Assembly: GCA_027021705.1 (NCBI GenBank)
Contig: JALUTT010000008.1
Location: 10,365-74,364, forward strand
Reading direction: 5' to 3'
Length of the DNA stretch: 64,000 nucleotides
From: Anaerolineae bacterium
Lineage (GTDB): Bacteria > Chloroflexota > Anaerolineae > S140-20
The position numbers and the translations under genes are program-made. The number at the start of each line of letters is the position of its first letter. Position 1 is the stretch's first letter. Below the pieces are notes generated by a model that was not told where the DNA came from, did not search any database, and saw only the letters and a program-made list of their open reading frames with translations. This document shows, in pieces, positions 1 to 9,440 of this stretch.

Positions 1-792
1 GTAGGTCCGTGCTTCGGGTTCGACGTGGTCCAGGATCACCTCGATGACGGCGGCCAGATCGTCTCCGGTGGCCAACAGGTAGTTGGCCAGGGGGTAGCCC
101 CGCGACCGCTGCTGAATCTGAGGGGCCTGACCGGCCTTACCGGGCACCTGGCGCTCCAACTGGGCTTTCGTCGTCTCCACGTCGAAGGGGGCCAACGTCC
201 GCTCTTCGACGTAGAGGCGCAGCTCCGGCGCGACCCAGGGGTAGGGCTTGCCCCGACCGGCCAGCACCAACAGCACCCGGGGCAGGGTGGCCAGGGGGGC
301 CAGCAGCCGGCGCTCCAGTTCGGCCAGGAGAGCCTCGTCGGCCTCGTAGACATGGTCCACCAGCAGCACCAGCGGGGTCCGGTGAACCAACCGCTCCACA
401 TCCTGCCGCAGAAACCGGCTCAGATCGTCCAGGGGGACGTCCCCCCCTTGGGGGACCAGAGGGTCGGCCCCCTGCCACCGGGCAACCTGCTTCCCCAGGG
501 CGCGGATCAGGTCGGCGACCTGGTGCCAATCGAGGAGGCTGAGGTAGACGGCGTGAGCTCCCGTACCCTCCAGTCGGTTCCCTGTCGGATGGTCGGATGG
601 GGGAAGGGTCACTTCGGCCAGATGGCGCAACAGCCAGGTCTTGCCGCTCCCTCGCTCGCCGGCGAAGATGATGGTGCGCCGTCGCACTACCTGGTTCCCA
701 CCGATCTCCCGCGCCCTCCTCACCACCAGGTTGATCTCCTGCTCCCGGTTGACGAAGCGCTCGGGATGGTAATCAGGTATCCCATCGTTCAT
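1..792 (-). CDS. P-loop ATPase (AAA_16/STAND-like), truncated by the window edge
   Basis: Not in the ORF track. My translation from ATG 792 (RBS GGGAGGTG): MNDGIPDYHPERFVNREQEI..., Walker A GERGSGKT, Walker B LVLLVDHVYE, GYPLA motif. Open to base 1. Confidence 0.85.
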   Translation of the reverse strand, partial: MNDGIPDYHPERFVNREQEINLVVRRAREIGGNQVVRRRTIIFAGERGSGKTWLLRHLAEVTLPPSDHPTGNRLEGTGAHAVYLSLLDWHQVADLIRALGKQVARWQGADPLVPQGGDVPLDDLSRFLRQDVERLVHRTPLVLLVDHVYEADEALLAELERRLLAPLATLPRVLLVLAGRGKPYPWVAPELRLYVEERTLAPFDVETTKAQLERQVPGKAGQAPQIQQRSRGYPLANYLLATGDDLAAVIEVILDHVEPEARTY

Positions 793-866
793 GCTCACCT
801 CCCGCCGTCGCCTCTCCAATCCCTGCCCAGGATCAACCTGGGGGAGGGAGAAGGGGACTCCATCGG

Positions 867-2171
867 CTACGATGACGTCCCCTTGCTCACATTCTGCTTC
901 CCTCCGGCCCCTGCCGGGTCACTGCCCTCGGCGGACTGCCGGGCGTACCAGGCCAGGGCTGCCTCCAGGTCCTCCGACGAAAGGCGGCCCTCCGGCCCTG
1001 CCCGGAGGATGTGCTCCAGGAAGAGCCGCTCCGCGACCAGGAGCAGCTCCCGAGGGTAGGGCCGGACCTCGTCCACCAGCCTCTCATCGGCATCGTACAA
1101 TCCCGGATCACCCAAGGCCCCCAACCGGTCGAACCGACCTTGACTGGCCGCCAACAGCCGCTGGCGCAAGAGGGCCAAGAGGGACGAACGATTCCACGCT
1201 ATCATAGCAACTCTTGGCTCCGGTGTCAAGAGCTCCTCGACCCTTTCTTGCCAGGGCCTCGCTTCCTGAGGCAGGAACGCCTTCAGAAAGGCCCCTGGAG
1301 CCCGATCGTTCCATTGGCGGAGGAGGTGTAGGAGGGGGGCCAGGACCTCCGCGATCCGGTCCGGGCGGTTCAGCGTCTCCGGGTAGGCGTCCACCCCGTC
1401 CAGGAGCAAGTAGACCGCCTGATAGCCCAGGAGGTCGGTGAGCAACTCATGTAAGCTCTGCCAGCGGCTGTCGGCATCCTGTTGAGAGGAGGGGGCGGTG
1501 GAGAGACTTTCGGCCAGCGCAGCTTTCAGCCGTTGAAGGCGCCGAGCTGTGGGCGGATTCGCCATCGTGAAGGTGGGATCATACCCTTCCCCCAGCACGG
1601 AGAGGTCTTGGGCTGTCTGCACGGAGGCCAGGAGGTGGGTCGGCGGTGTGGGGAGGTTGTGGGCAAGCCAGGAAGCCAGGCGGCGGCGTTGAGAAGGCGG
1701 GAGGTCCAGGTAACGTTCAGGGCGGTAAGCAAGGGTCAAAAGCAACTCCAGCGCTGCCGCCTCTAGGATCGTCTCCCGATAGCTCCGCCGCCGATCCGGG
1801 GGAGCCGCCTGCACGACACGCTCGGGGAGCGTGTAGACAATGGGGAAGATACGCCGCCCGTCCCGACCGGCCCGGCAGGCGTGGGCCAGCCAGACGCGGA
1901 AGGCGCTCTTCCCTCCCCTGGCGGGGGCGAAGACCAGCGACGGCCAGTCTCCCCAAAGGATCTCCAGCACCTGGTGTCCGACCAAGTACTGGCTCAGCCG
2001 AGGATCGGCAGCAGCATCCAGAACGCGAAAGGGATCGAAAGCCAGGCCAAAGGAAGCCAGCCAGCGGTCAATCTGCGCTTCTGGTGAGTCAGGCGCTTGT
2101 TCAGAGAGGTCTGCCGGCGTCGGACGGGAGGTTGAGTTAGAGGATGGATCATCTTGGAATAAGGCTCTCAT
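867..2171 (-). CDS. P-loop ATPase, Sll1717-like; start uncertain (ORF open to 2216)
   Basis: FGLAFDPF..AAAD..L..YLV N-motif, Walker A variant APARGGKS, Walker B VYLLLDGVD, YPRELL near the C-terminus. Confidence 0.75.
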   Translation of the reverse strand: MRALFQDDPSSNSTSRPTPADLSEQAPDSPEAQIDRWLASFGLAFDPFRVLDAAADPRLSQYLVGHQVLEILWGDWPSLVFAPARGGKSAFRVWLAHACRAGRDGRRIFPIVYTLPERVVQAAPPDRRRSYRETILEAAALELLLTLAYRPERYLDLPPSQRRRLASWLAHNLPTPPTHLLASVQTAQDLSVLGEGYDPTFTMANPPTARRLQRLKAALAESLSTAPSSQQDADSRWQSLHELLTDLLGYQAVYLLLDGVDAYPETLNRPDRIAEVLAPLLHLLRQWNDRAPGAFLKAFLPQEARPWQERVEELLTPEPRVAMIAWNRSSLLALLRQRLLAASQGRFDRLGALGDPGLYDADERLVDEVRPYPRELLLVAERLFLEHILRAGPEGRLSSEDLEAALAWYARQSAEGSDPAGAGGKQNVSKGTSS

Positions 2172-2365
2172 CACCCGCTCACATACACTACCATCTTCTG
2201 CGTGTAAAGACCACAAAGTGAATACTCAAGACCTAGGATGAGTTGATAGGCGGCGCTGGCTCATCCCGGGGACCCTATCGTAGCCTGAAGATCCAGACGG
2301 TATTGTGTAGTTGCTTTGCAAGAAGCTCATCCTTGGCTCGCGGCAACCTCACCCCAACCTCACCC

Positions 2366-3757
2366 TCACCAAGCATTCTCCAAGCGCACACCTTTACCCT
2401 TGACCGTCACCACCAGGACCGGGTTCTTGGGGTCCGGCTCCAGGACCTGGCGGAGACGCCAGAGGGCGGTATCCAGCGTGCCGGCGTACTCGGCGGGGCG
2501 GGCATCGGGGTCCCCGTGGCTGCCGGGGTACGCGCTCACGTACTGCAGGTAGAGGGGCCGACGGTGGCAGACCGTCCCCCGGTGGCGGTAGAGGAAGCGG
2601 AGCATCGCCTCTAGGCCGGGGGCCAGGTCCTCCACCCGCCGCCAACCGACGGTCACTCGGCCTGTCTCCTCGTCGAAGAAGAGACGCGGGGGGTGGCGTC
2701 GCTTGATCTCCTGGGATGTGTCGGGGGAGAGGGGCCGAGGCCGACCCTCCTGCTCCGTCTGGGCCAAGTAGGCGGCCAGGAAGGGGCGGGTGAACTCCAG
2801 CCACCCTTTGGGTACCTCGCCGCCGCAGCGGGCCAGCCACGTCGTCAGCTTCCTATCCCGACTCAGGTCCCGGAGGGTGAAGCCGGGGAGGCCCAAGGCC
2901 AGGGAGAGACGGGCCTCGACGATGGCGATCAGGTCCTCTCGCCGCCATTGGATCCGGTAGACCTCCACCCGCCGCCGGGCGACGGCCCCGGCCGACCAGA
3001 GGGAGGACTCCAACTCGGCGGGGAGGAAGAACTTGTAGGCAAAGCGCGGGTGCTCGAAGAGGGCCAGGGTGGAGAGGAAGGCCTGAAGGCTCTCTACCAG
3101 CCGGTCCGGGTTCATCTCCAACCAGGGGGTGACGTCGTCCATCAGCACGCGGACCCCCTCGATCCCGAGGGTGCGGAGCGCCTTCGTCAATTCGGCCACC
3201 ACCAGCATCGGGGGGGCTTGGGAATGGAGCAGATCCCGAGACGGGGCCTGGAGGATCTCGCGGAGCAGGGCTCGGCCTTCCACGGGGGCTTCGGTCCCGG
3301 CCGTGGCAACGGCGTGCTCCAGATCCCCCTGGAAGTACCGGTGTAGGAACCAGACCAGCGTTTCGTGGGCCCAGGGGGGGGCTGCCCCCCACCTCGCCAG
3401 ATGGCGGGCCAGGTACTCCAGCAGGCTGCGGGCCACGGCGTCCATCACCTGGTTCCGCAGGACGATCACCAGGTCGGTGCCGGCAAGGTCAGGCTGGAAG
3501 AGCAGGCTCACGGGCCAGGGGACGAGGAGCCAGCGGGGGGGAGTTCCTGGGGGGTTCCATCGGCGCATCAGGGCCAGGCGCAGCGCCGTCTTGCCGCTGC
3601 CCACGTCGCCGAAGATGAGGGCGGATCGGGCGCCGGCGATGAGGGGAAAGTCTCGAGGCGGCACGTAGCAGTCGCTCAGCCAGGGTTCATCCTCGGCCCG
3701 CAGGCTATCAAAGGCGGCCAAGCCCAGGGGTTCCTGCATCGCTGCTTCTGAAGCCAT
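2366..3757 (-). CDS. P-loop ATPase (Sll1717-like) with C-terminal OmpR-type winged-helix domain
   Basis: RBS AAGGAG; FDSLRAEDE..L..CYV, Walker A GDVGSGKT, Walker B VRVLMDDV; C-terminus LDTALWRLRQVLEPDPKNPVLVVTVKGKGVRL resembles Trans_reg_C. Confidence 0.8.
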   Translation of the reverse strand: MASEAAMQEPLGLAAFDSLRAEDEPWLSDCYVPPRDFPLIAGARSALIFGDVGSGKTALRLALMRRWNPPGTPPRWLLVPWPVSLLFQPDLAGTDLVIVLRNQVMDAVARSLLEYLARHLARWGAAPPWAHETLVWFLHRYFQGDLEHAVATAGTEAPVEGRALLREILQAPSRDLLHSQAPPMLVVAELTKALRTLGIEGVRVLMDDVTPWLEMNPDRLVESLQAFLSTLALFEHPRFAYKFFLPAELESSLWSAGAVARRRVEVYRIQWRREDLIAIVEARLSLALGLPGFTLRDLSRDRKLTTWLARCGGEVPKGWLEFTRPFLAAYLAQTEQEGRPRPLSPDTSQEIKRRHPPRLFFDEETGRVTVGWRRVEDLAPGLEAMLRFLYRHRGTVCHRRPLYLQYVSAYPGSHGDPDARPAEYAGTLDTALWRLRQVLEPDPKNPVLVVTVKGKGVRLENAW

Positions 3758-3771
3758 CTTCACGCTCCTTG

Positions 3772-3921
3772 CCACGGACCGCCGACCGCCGACTGCGGAC
3801 CACGGCCTCGCCCACTCGTTGCCTCATCGCCTCGATGTCGACCGCTGACCACGGACCGCCGACCGCCGACTGCGGACCACGGCCTCGCCCATTCATTGCC
3901 TCATCACCTCATTGCCTCATC
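3772..3921. repeat. Duplicated ~61 bp unit (period 77) built from GACCGCC/GACCACG heptamers and TTGCCTCA-type octamers
   Basis: CCACGGACCGCCGACCGCCGACTGCGGACCACGGCCTCGCCCA occurs at 3772 and 3849. Confidence 0.85.
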
Positions 3922-5815
3922 ACTTTATCGCCCCGCCCTCCTCCTTAATTACCACTTTCATCTCCCCTACGCTCAGCCGGCCCTTCTCCCCGAACCGCTC
4001 CAGCAGCCAGTTGCCCAGGCGGACCAGCCGGCGGGGGGAGCCCTGAGCCGCTTCAACGATCCAGCCATCGGGATCGTCGGGGCGGTCCGGTCCGAAGAGT
4101 TGAGCCAGGGACTCCCCTCCCACCTGCCGGAGACGCTGGTCAAGCAGTTGGCGGAGGTGATCGGGGCTCCACTCTAGGTGGACCGTTTCGACCGTTATCG
4201 GCACGAGCGCTTGGGGCGTTGGCACCGCTATCTTCAAGTAGCAGTTGGCTTTTTCCAACAGCGGGATCATCCTCAGCAAGGGACGGAGCCTCTCTCGGAG
4301 CAGAACGGGGGTCAGAGAATCACACCACTGTTTGGGGATGTCCAGCAGCAGCTCGTATCCCCAAAAGCCCGCCAAGTGTGCCTGGCTGAGGATGACCCAC
4401 AGCGCAATCTCGGTATCTTCTCGCGAGACTCCCGCGCCGGAGGCACTGTCACGAAGGGCAGTTGCCAAATCCCGCTCCACCCCTTTTTCAATCAGGTGGG
4501 CTTCCAGATCATCCGGGCCTATGTGGTGCAACACGAGGTTTGCGACCGCCCGTTGGTGGGTCGGCGACATACTTGGGAAGGCGTTGGAGTTGCGGATCAG
4601 GAAGTCCAGAATCGCTTCGGTGATCGTCTCGGTCAAGACCTCCAGAAGCTGACGGCGTGAGTTCGCTGTGAGAGTTGGGCGTGGAGATAACCAGACCGGG
4701 AAAAGTCCTCCCTGCTCTCGACGCTTAGAAGTCCAGAGAAGCAGCGCAGCGGTCTTGCCCATCCCTACGGCTCCCGTAAGAGCCAAGGAAAGGGAAGCGG
4801 AGATTTCCGACCAGCGTGGAGGCTCCACAAAGAAGCTCGGCAGGTCGGCCTCCTCCTCGGCCCTCTCAGGACCGAAGGGATTCTTTGACCACCCCAGAAG
4901 TTCCAACGCTTGGGCGATCAGATCAGGATCATCAGGGCGAGGGGAAGGCCAAAGGGGAGGCCATATCATCTCCTGGTCAGCGAGGATAAGCAGTCGCCTT
5001 GCCGACAGGCTGCCCTCCTCTTCACTTCGTGCCTTGTCCTCTAAGTAATTTCTGATGCGCTCTTGACGGAGCAACCACCTTCCCCGGGGATGTTTCAAGA
5101 CCGCCTGCTCGCATTCGACGATCCCCCCGGGCTGCTCGAGCAGAGTGCGTAGCCGCTCACCCAGCAGGTTCCCCAGCCGCTTTCCATAGGAACGGCCGGC
5201 CAGGAGGGCACAAGCGTGAATCCCTTCCCTAATGCTGTCAGTCCCCTCCGGCGAATCCAGCAAGTAGCGCCAAGCCCGCACTTCGGAATCCGCTCGCCCG
5301 TCAAGCTCCTCGACCATTTGAATCCAATCACGGGCCCCTGGGCGGTCGCCCTTGCCCAGCGCCTCAGCAGCTCTCGTCAGGGCATCCTGCCGCAACGAAA
5401 CCCGCCAGCGTTTCTGTAAGACTGTCAAAATATCCCTATCCCTCTCCTGCACGGCCTCCCTCCAGAGTTGCTGGAAGCGGCGGAGGCGTTCGTCTTTCTC
5501 CAGACCTGGCAAGGTGGCAATTTGCCGTCCTTGTACTGCCTGATCCAAAGGGCGCTGAGCCTCAGAAGTCTCTTCTTCCCTAGTCCTTGCTGCAAGCAAT
5601 TGTTCGACTTCGGGATCCATCGGCAAAGCCAATCGTCCACACAACCGCCGGTACTCGTCCAACCACTCGTCTAGGAGATTCTCGCGTGCCCTGATCTTCC
5701 GGGAGAGTTCTCGCCTCTTCGCCTTGTCATCCGTCATGAGAAGGTCCTCCTCCCACTCCCGAATGAGTTCAGCAACCTCGTGAATGAGGTGCTCTAGGTC
5801 CTCTTTGCGACCCAT
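3920..5815 (-). CDS. Helical N-terminal extension plus Sll1717-like P-loop ATPase
   Basis: 631 aa; LGWSKNPF..ERAEEE..L.SFFV, Walker A GAVGMGKT, degenerate Walker B YELLLDIP, GSPRRL; RBS GGAAGGGG. Confidence 0.8.
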   Translation of the reverse strand: MGRKEDLEHLIHEVAELIREWEEDLLMTDDKAKRRELSRKIRARENLLDEWLDEYRRLCGRLALPMDPEVEQLLAARTREEETSEAQRPLDQAVQGRQIATLPGLEKDERLRRFQQLWREAVQERDRDILTVLQKRWRVSLRQDALTRAAEALGKGDRPGARDWIQMVEELDGRADSEVRAWRYLLDSPEGTDSIREGIHACALLAGRSYGKRLGNLLGERLRTLLEQPGGIVECEQAVLKHPRGRWLLRQERIRNYLEDKARSEEEGSLSARRLLILADQEMIWPPLWPSPRPDDPDLIAQALELLGWSKNPFGPERAEEEADLPSFFVEPPRWSEISASLSLALTGAVGMGKTAALLLWTSKRREQGGLFPVWLSPRPTLTANSRRQLLEVLTETITEAILDFLIRNSNAFPSMSPTHQRAVANLVLHHIGPDDLEAHLIEKGVERDLATALRDSASGAGVSREDTEIALWVILSQAHLAGFWGYELLLDIPKQWCDSLTPVLLRERLRPLLRMIPLLEKANCYLKIAVPTPQALVPITVETVHLEWSPDHLRQLLDQRLRQVGGESLAQLFGPDRPDDPDGWIVEAAQGSPRRLVRLGNWLLERFGEKGRLSVGEMKVVIKEEGGAIK

Positions 5816-5938
5816 CGGTGCCCCCTTCCGCCTTTCAGCACATAAAGGCTATGACGAGCACGCAGATTAAGCGGACGCGCCCCTCAGGGGACGGTGTGGT
5901 TTAGCGTGGTGGTGAGAATCCTGTGAGGTTCCCACCAT

Positions 5939-5967
5939 AGCTTAGCATATCCGGCCCCGCTTGTCAA
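5939..5967 (-). promoter_or_regulatory. Sigma70-like promoter for the ATPase operon
   Basis: Minus strand TTGACA-17 bp-TAAGCT with extended TG. Confidence 0.55.
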
Positions 5968-5978
5968 CGCGCATCTCT

Positions 5979-6130
5979 GGTGATTACCCATATCTTTGGA
6001 GATAGGGAGACTAGCCGTCCACGAATGGGGCACGAATACACGAATTAGAGTCCGACCCATTCGTGTATTCGTGAGGATTCGCGGACGGCCCGCTACGGCC
6101 CATTCCCTCGCCCATTTGTGGGTAATCACC
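5979..6130 (+). mobile_element. MITE-like element family A, copy 1 (152 bp)
   Basis: Terminal IR GGTGATTACCCA/TGGGTAATCACC; internal CACGAAT/ATTCGTG palindrome; homologous copies at 25396 and 49916. Confidence 0.8.
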
Positions 6131-6283
6131 AACTCCGCGAGGTTCCCGTGAGAGAGACGGGATTTCCTGGCAAAGTGATGATGAGCTTCCTACGCAGAAT
6201 ATACCAGAATTGGACCCTGGTTGTAGAGTAGAATGAAGATGCCAAAGGTGAAGGCAACCTGTTGGTCCAGAGGAGGGGGTACG

Positions 6284-6475
6284 ATGATCCAAAGTGTCAT
6301 GCAGATCGGGTGTGGGGTTTTTCTCGGGATCGGGCTGCTCTTCCTGGCGATGACCAAGATCAGCCAGCGGCATGGGGATGAAGAAGGGGCCGGCTTCGCG
6401 TCTCAGATCGCTGCTTTCTCCTTCCTCCTGGCTGCGGCGGCGCTGTGGCTGGCCTATAGCATCCAGATGGGATGA
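6284..6475 (+). CDS. Small membrane protein with two hydrophobic segments
   Basis: [14 protein letters not shown] 6284, 63 aa. Confidence 0.6.
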   Translation: MIQSVMQIGCGVFLGIGLLFLAMTKISQRHGDEEGAGFASQIAAFSFLLAAAALWLAYSIQMG

Positions 6476-6493
6476 CCACGAAAGGAGCCACCG

Positions 6494-6601
6494 ATGATCC
6501 GACCATATCCCCGCAGGCTGCGCTGTGCCGTGGCCGTGCTTCCACCCCAGCCCTGGTGGATCCACCGGCTTCTCCGGCTGCTGCGCATCCTGCACAACTA
6601 G
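6494..6601 (+). CDS. Putative 35 aa basic peptide MIRPYPRRLRCAVAVLPPQPWWIHRLLRLLRILHN
   Basis: RBS AAAGGAG just upstream of the ATG; directly follows the previous small gene; below the ORF-track cutoff. Confidence 0.35.
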   Translation: MIRPYPRRLRCAVAVLPPQPWWIHRLLRLLRILHN

Positions 6602-6609
6602 CCGTCAAC

Positions 6610-6723
6610 CCTCCGGCGAGGCCGCCAGAACAGGTGCGAAAGGGGCCGATCCTCCCCGAAGGGGAAACCGCCCAAGAGCCAGGCGAACCACCGCCTTCCC
6701 TGTCCATCCCGGCCCACCGGAGA
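6610..6723. ncRNA. Candidate structured RNA (branched long hairpin), family unassigned
   Basis: Outer stem CTCCGGCGAGGCCG/CGGCCCACCGGAG, inner ACAGG/CCTGT, side hairpins AGGCG..CGCCT and a cUUCGg loop on the minus strand. Confidence 0.3.
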
Positions 6724-6760
6724 CGCGAACAACCGCATACGAGCAGAACCGGGTGCCGCC

Positions 6761-7159
6761 TCATCCTGACGGTACCCGGTTTTCTTCCCCCGGCCCCGGG
6801 GCGATCCCCCGCTCCTGCAGGAAGGCCACCACACGCTCCAGGATCTCCTCCAGCGCGAGCCCGTCGGTGTGCAGGTAGAGGTCGGCGTGCCGATGGGCGT
6901 GCGCGAGCCGCTCCCGCTGCCGGCGGACGATGGCCTCCGTCCAGTCCGTCCGCCCCAGCCGGCGGTTCACCTCGGCTGCGCCGACGTCCAGGTAGACGAG
7001 GAGGGCCGGCCGGGCCATCCGCCGCCACATCTGGGGCACGTAGGAGTGCTCCTGGGCCAGCGCCCGGGCCCGGTAGCCCCGCCGCCGCAACGCCGCCGCC
7101 AACGTGCTCTTGCCGGAGCCGCACGGCCCTACGATGGCGATGAGTGGTCGCTTGGTCAC
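6761..7159 (-). CDS. Small P-loop nucleoside/nucleotide kinase-like protein
   Basis: IAIVGPCGSGKST Walker A at the N-terminus; 132 aa. Confidence 0.75.
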   Translation of the reverse strand: MTKRPLIAIVGPCGSGKSTLAAALRRRGYRARALAQEHSYVPQMWRRMARPALLVYLDVGAAEVNRRLGRTDWTEAIVRRQRERLAHAHRHADLYLHTDGLALEEILERVVAFLQERGIAPGPGEENRVPSG

Positions 7160-7389
7160 TTGGTCAGGTGGTCCTCGGTCCTCGGTCCTCAGTCCGCACT
7201 TGGTCGCTTGGTCGCTTGGTCGCTTGGTCGGGTAGTCGAGTAGTTCTCGGTCCTCAGTCCTCAGTCCTCGGTTCGCAGTCCTCAGTCCGCTGCCAAGTCG
7301 CTAGTTCGCTATGCCGCTAGGCCGCTTGATCGGCGGTCGGATGGTTGCCCGGCTTCTCCAGTCCTTCGACTACTTGACCACCCGACCAA
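7145..7389. repeat. Mixed octamer (TGGTCGCT) and heptamer (GGTCCTC/AGTCCTC) tandem repeats
   Basis: Directly visible tandem units filling the intergenic gap. Confidence 0.85.
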
Positions 7390-8097
7390 TCACAACGGCA
7401 GCCGGACCGTCAGCCGGCGTGCTTCGTCCTCGCTTTGGCGGGGCACGATCTGGAGCACCAGGACGCTGATGTCATCGGCCGGCCTCCCTCGGTCCAGGGC
7501 CACCGCCTGGGCCAGCAGCTCGTCGGCGATGGTCTGAGCGTCCGCGCCCCGGTCCAGCAGCGCCTGCAGGGCTCCCACCACGTCCATCGGCGCTCCGTAC
7601 CGCTGCCCGGCCGTCTCCAGGCCGTCGGTGTAGACCACCACCGTCGTCCCTGCCTCCAGAGGCAACTCCGTGATCACCGGCTTGGTCCCCCGGTAGATCC
7701 CCACCGGACGGGAGGGCGCGTCCAGGACCTGGAGCGGTTCGCCCGGTTGGACCACCAACATCGGACAGGGGCTGTTCCGGGAGAGGACCAGCGTGCGGGT
7801 GAGCAGGTCCACCGAGACGATGTTGAGGGTGGCCGACACCTTGCCACCCCGGTAGGTGTAGAGGTAGTCGTGGGCGGCCCGGGCGACGGCCCCATCCCGC
7901 ACCCCCTCGGCCAGCAGTGAGATCGCCTTGCGGGCGACGACGTTGCTGATCCGCTTGGCCGCCCGCCCGGAGTGCTGCCCGTCGGCCAGGACGAAGGAGA
8001 GGCCCCCGTGAGGGCGTTCGACCATCTCCAAGGTGTCGCCGCTCTCCCGGGTGGCCCATTTGCCCACCTTGGCTGCCGCAACCTGAACTTCCAGCAT
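7390..8097 (-). CDS. PP2C/SpoIIE-family phosphatase
   Basis: ESGD, VLADGQHSG, YTDGL and DDISV motifs. Confidence 0.85.
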   Translation of the reverse strand: MLEVQVAAAKVGKWATRESGDTLEMVERPHGGLSFVLADGQHSGRAAKRISNVVARKAISLLAEGVRDGAVARAAHDYLYTYRGGKVSATLNIVSVDLLTRTLVLSRNSPCPMLVVQPGEPLQVLDAPSRPVGIYRGTKPVITELPLEAGTTVVVYTDGLETAGQRYGAPMDVVGALQALLDRGADAQTIADELLAQAVALDRGRPADDISVLVLQIVPRQSEDEARRLTVRLPL

Positions 8098-8165
8098 CGT
8101 TCTACTCGCTAATGGGGAAAACCAGTGTGGAAAGCGATGGGCCGGGATGGAAGCCGGCCTGCCCC

Positions 8166-9440
8166 TCACTCGTACCGCAGGGCGTCAATGGGGTTCAGCA
8201 GCGAGGCCCGCCGGGCCGGGTAGATGCCGAAAAAGAGACCCACGGCGGCGGAGAAGAGGGTGGCCAGCAGCACCGCCTGAAGGGAGACGACGGCCCGGAA
8301 CTGGGCATCGCTGAAGCGGTGGATGGCCGTCGTGACCCCGGCCGAGCCCAGCACCCCCAGCAGGATGCCCACCAACCCGCCGATGAGGGCCAGCACCACC
8401 GCTTCCACCAGGAACTGGGCCAGGATGTCCCGACGCCGCGCCCCCACCGCCTTGCGGATCCCGATCTCCCGCGTCCGCTCGGTCACCGAGACCAGCATGA
8501 TGTTCATAATGCCGATCCCGCCCACCACCAGGGAGATGCCGGCGATGGCCCCCAGGAAGATGGTGAGCACCCCGGTGATCTGGCCGAAGACGCTGATCAG
8601 GTCCTTCTGGGTGATGATGGTGAAATCGTCCTCGTCCCGGAAGAGGATGCCGTGGCGCTCCCGCAGCACCTCGGCCACCTCCTCGGCAGCCGCTTCCATC
8701 CGATCCTCGCTCACCGCCTGGACGTAGATGAGGCTGACCCGGTACTCTCCGCTCTGACTGCGGTGGGGGAGGAGCCGCTGGACCGTCGTCATCGGCACGA
8801 AGATGACGTCGTCCTGATCGGTGGGGCCGGACGCGCCCTTCTCCTCCATCACCCCGACGATGCGGAAGCGCACGCCGTTGATCCGCACCTCCCGACCGAT
8901 GGGGTAGGGCTCGTCGGGGAAGAGGTTCTCGACCACCGTCTGCCCCAGGACGGCGATGCGGGCCGCCCGCTGCATATCCAACTCGGAGATGAAGGTGCCG
9001 GCCGCCGGGTAGAAGTTGCGTACCTGGGGGTAGGCCGGTGTCACCCCGGAGAGCTGGGTGGAGACGGCGCGGTCGCCGGCCACCACCGTCACCGACCGGC
9101 GCATCATCGGCACCACGGTCAGCACATCGGGCAGGCGGGCCCGATCCTGCAGCGCCTCGGCATCGGCCACCGTCAGGACCCCCTCCTCACCCCGGCGGGT
9201 CCGCCGCTCGTTCAGGTCCTGCACCGTCTCCTGCCCGCCGGGGAAGACGAAGAGCAAGTTGGTGCCGATCCCCTCGAACTGCTCGGTGATGAAGAGGTGA
9301 AAGCCCTCCCCCACCGACATCAGGGTGATGACGGCGGCCACGCCGATGATGATCCCCAGCATGGTCAGGGCGGAGCGGAGTTTGTTGGCCGCCAGGGCTC
9401 GCAAGGCGATGCGCACGCTCTCCCACAGCATCATCACCAA
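8166..9440 (-). CDS. ABC transporter permease, MacB/FtsX family
   Basis: [52 protein letters not shown]. Confidence 0.95.
   Translation of the reverse strand: MVMMLWESVRIALRALAANKLRSALTMLGIIIGVAAVITLMSVGEGFHLFITEQFEGIGTNLLFVFPGGQETVQDLNERRTRRGEEGVLTVADAEALQDRARLPDVLTVVPMMRRSVTVVAGDRAVSTQLSGVTPAYPQVRNFYPAAGTFISELDMQRAARIAVLGQTVVENLFPDEPYPIGREVRINGVRFRIVGVMEEKGASGPTDQDDVIFVPMTTVQRLLPHRSQSGEYRVSLIYVQAVSEDRMEAAAEEVAEVLRERHGILFRDEDDFTIITQKDLISVFGQITGVLTIFLGAIAGISLVVGGIGIMNIMLVSVTERTREIGIRKAVGARRRDILAQFLVEAVVLALIGGLVGILLGVLGSAGVTTAIHRFSDAQFRAVVSLQAVLLATLFSAAVGLFFGIYPARRASLLNPIDALRYE

Noticed and set aside
25..1059. 344 aa plus-strand ORF
   Set aside because: Antisense shadow in register with the minus-strand ATPase at 1-792
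6630..6700. Cobalamin riboswitch (GAGCCAGG resembles the B12 box end)
   Set aside because: No GGGAA..CGGTG or GCCACTG core, and no co-oriented downstream gene
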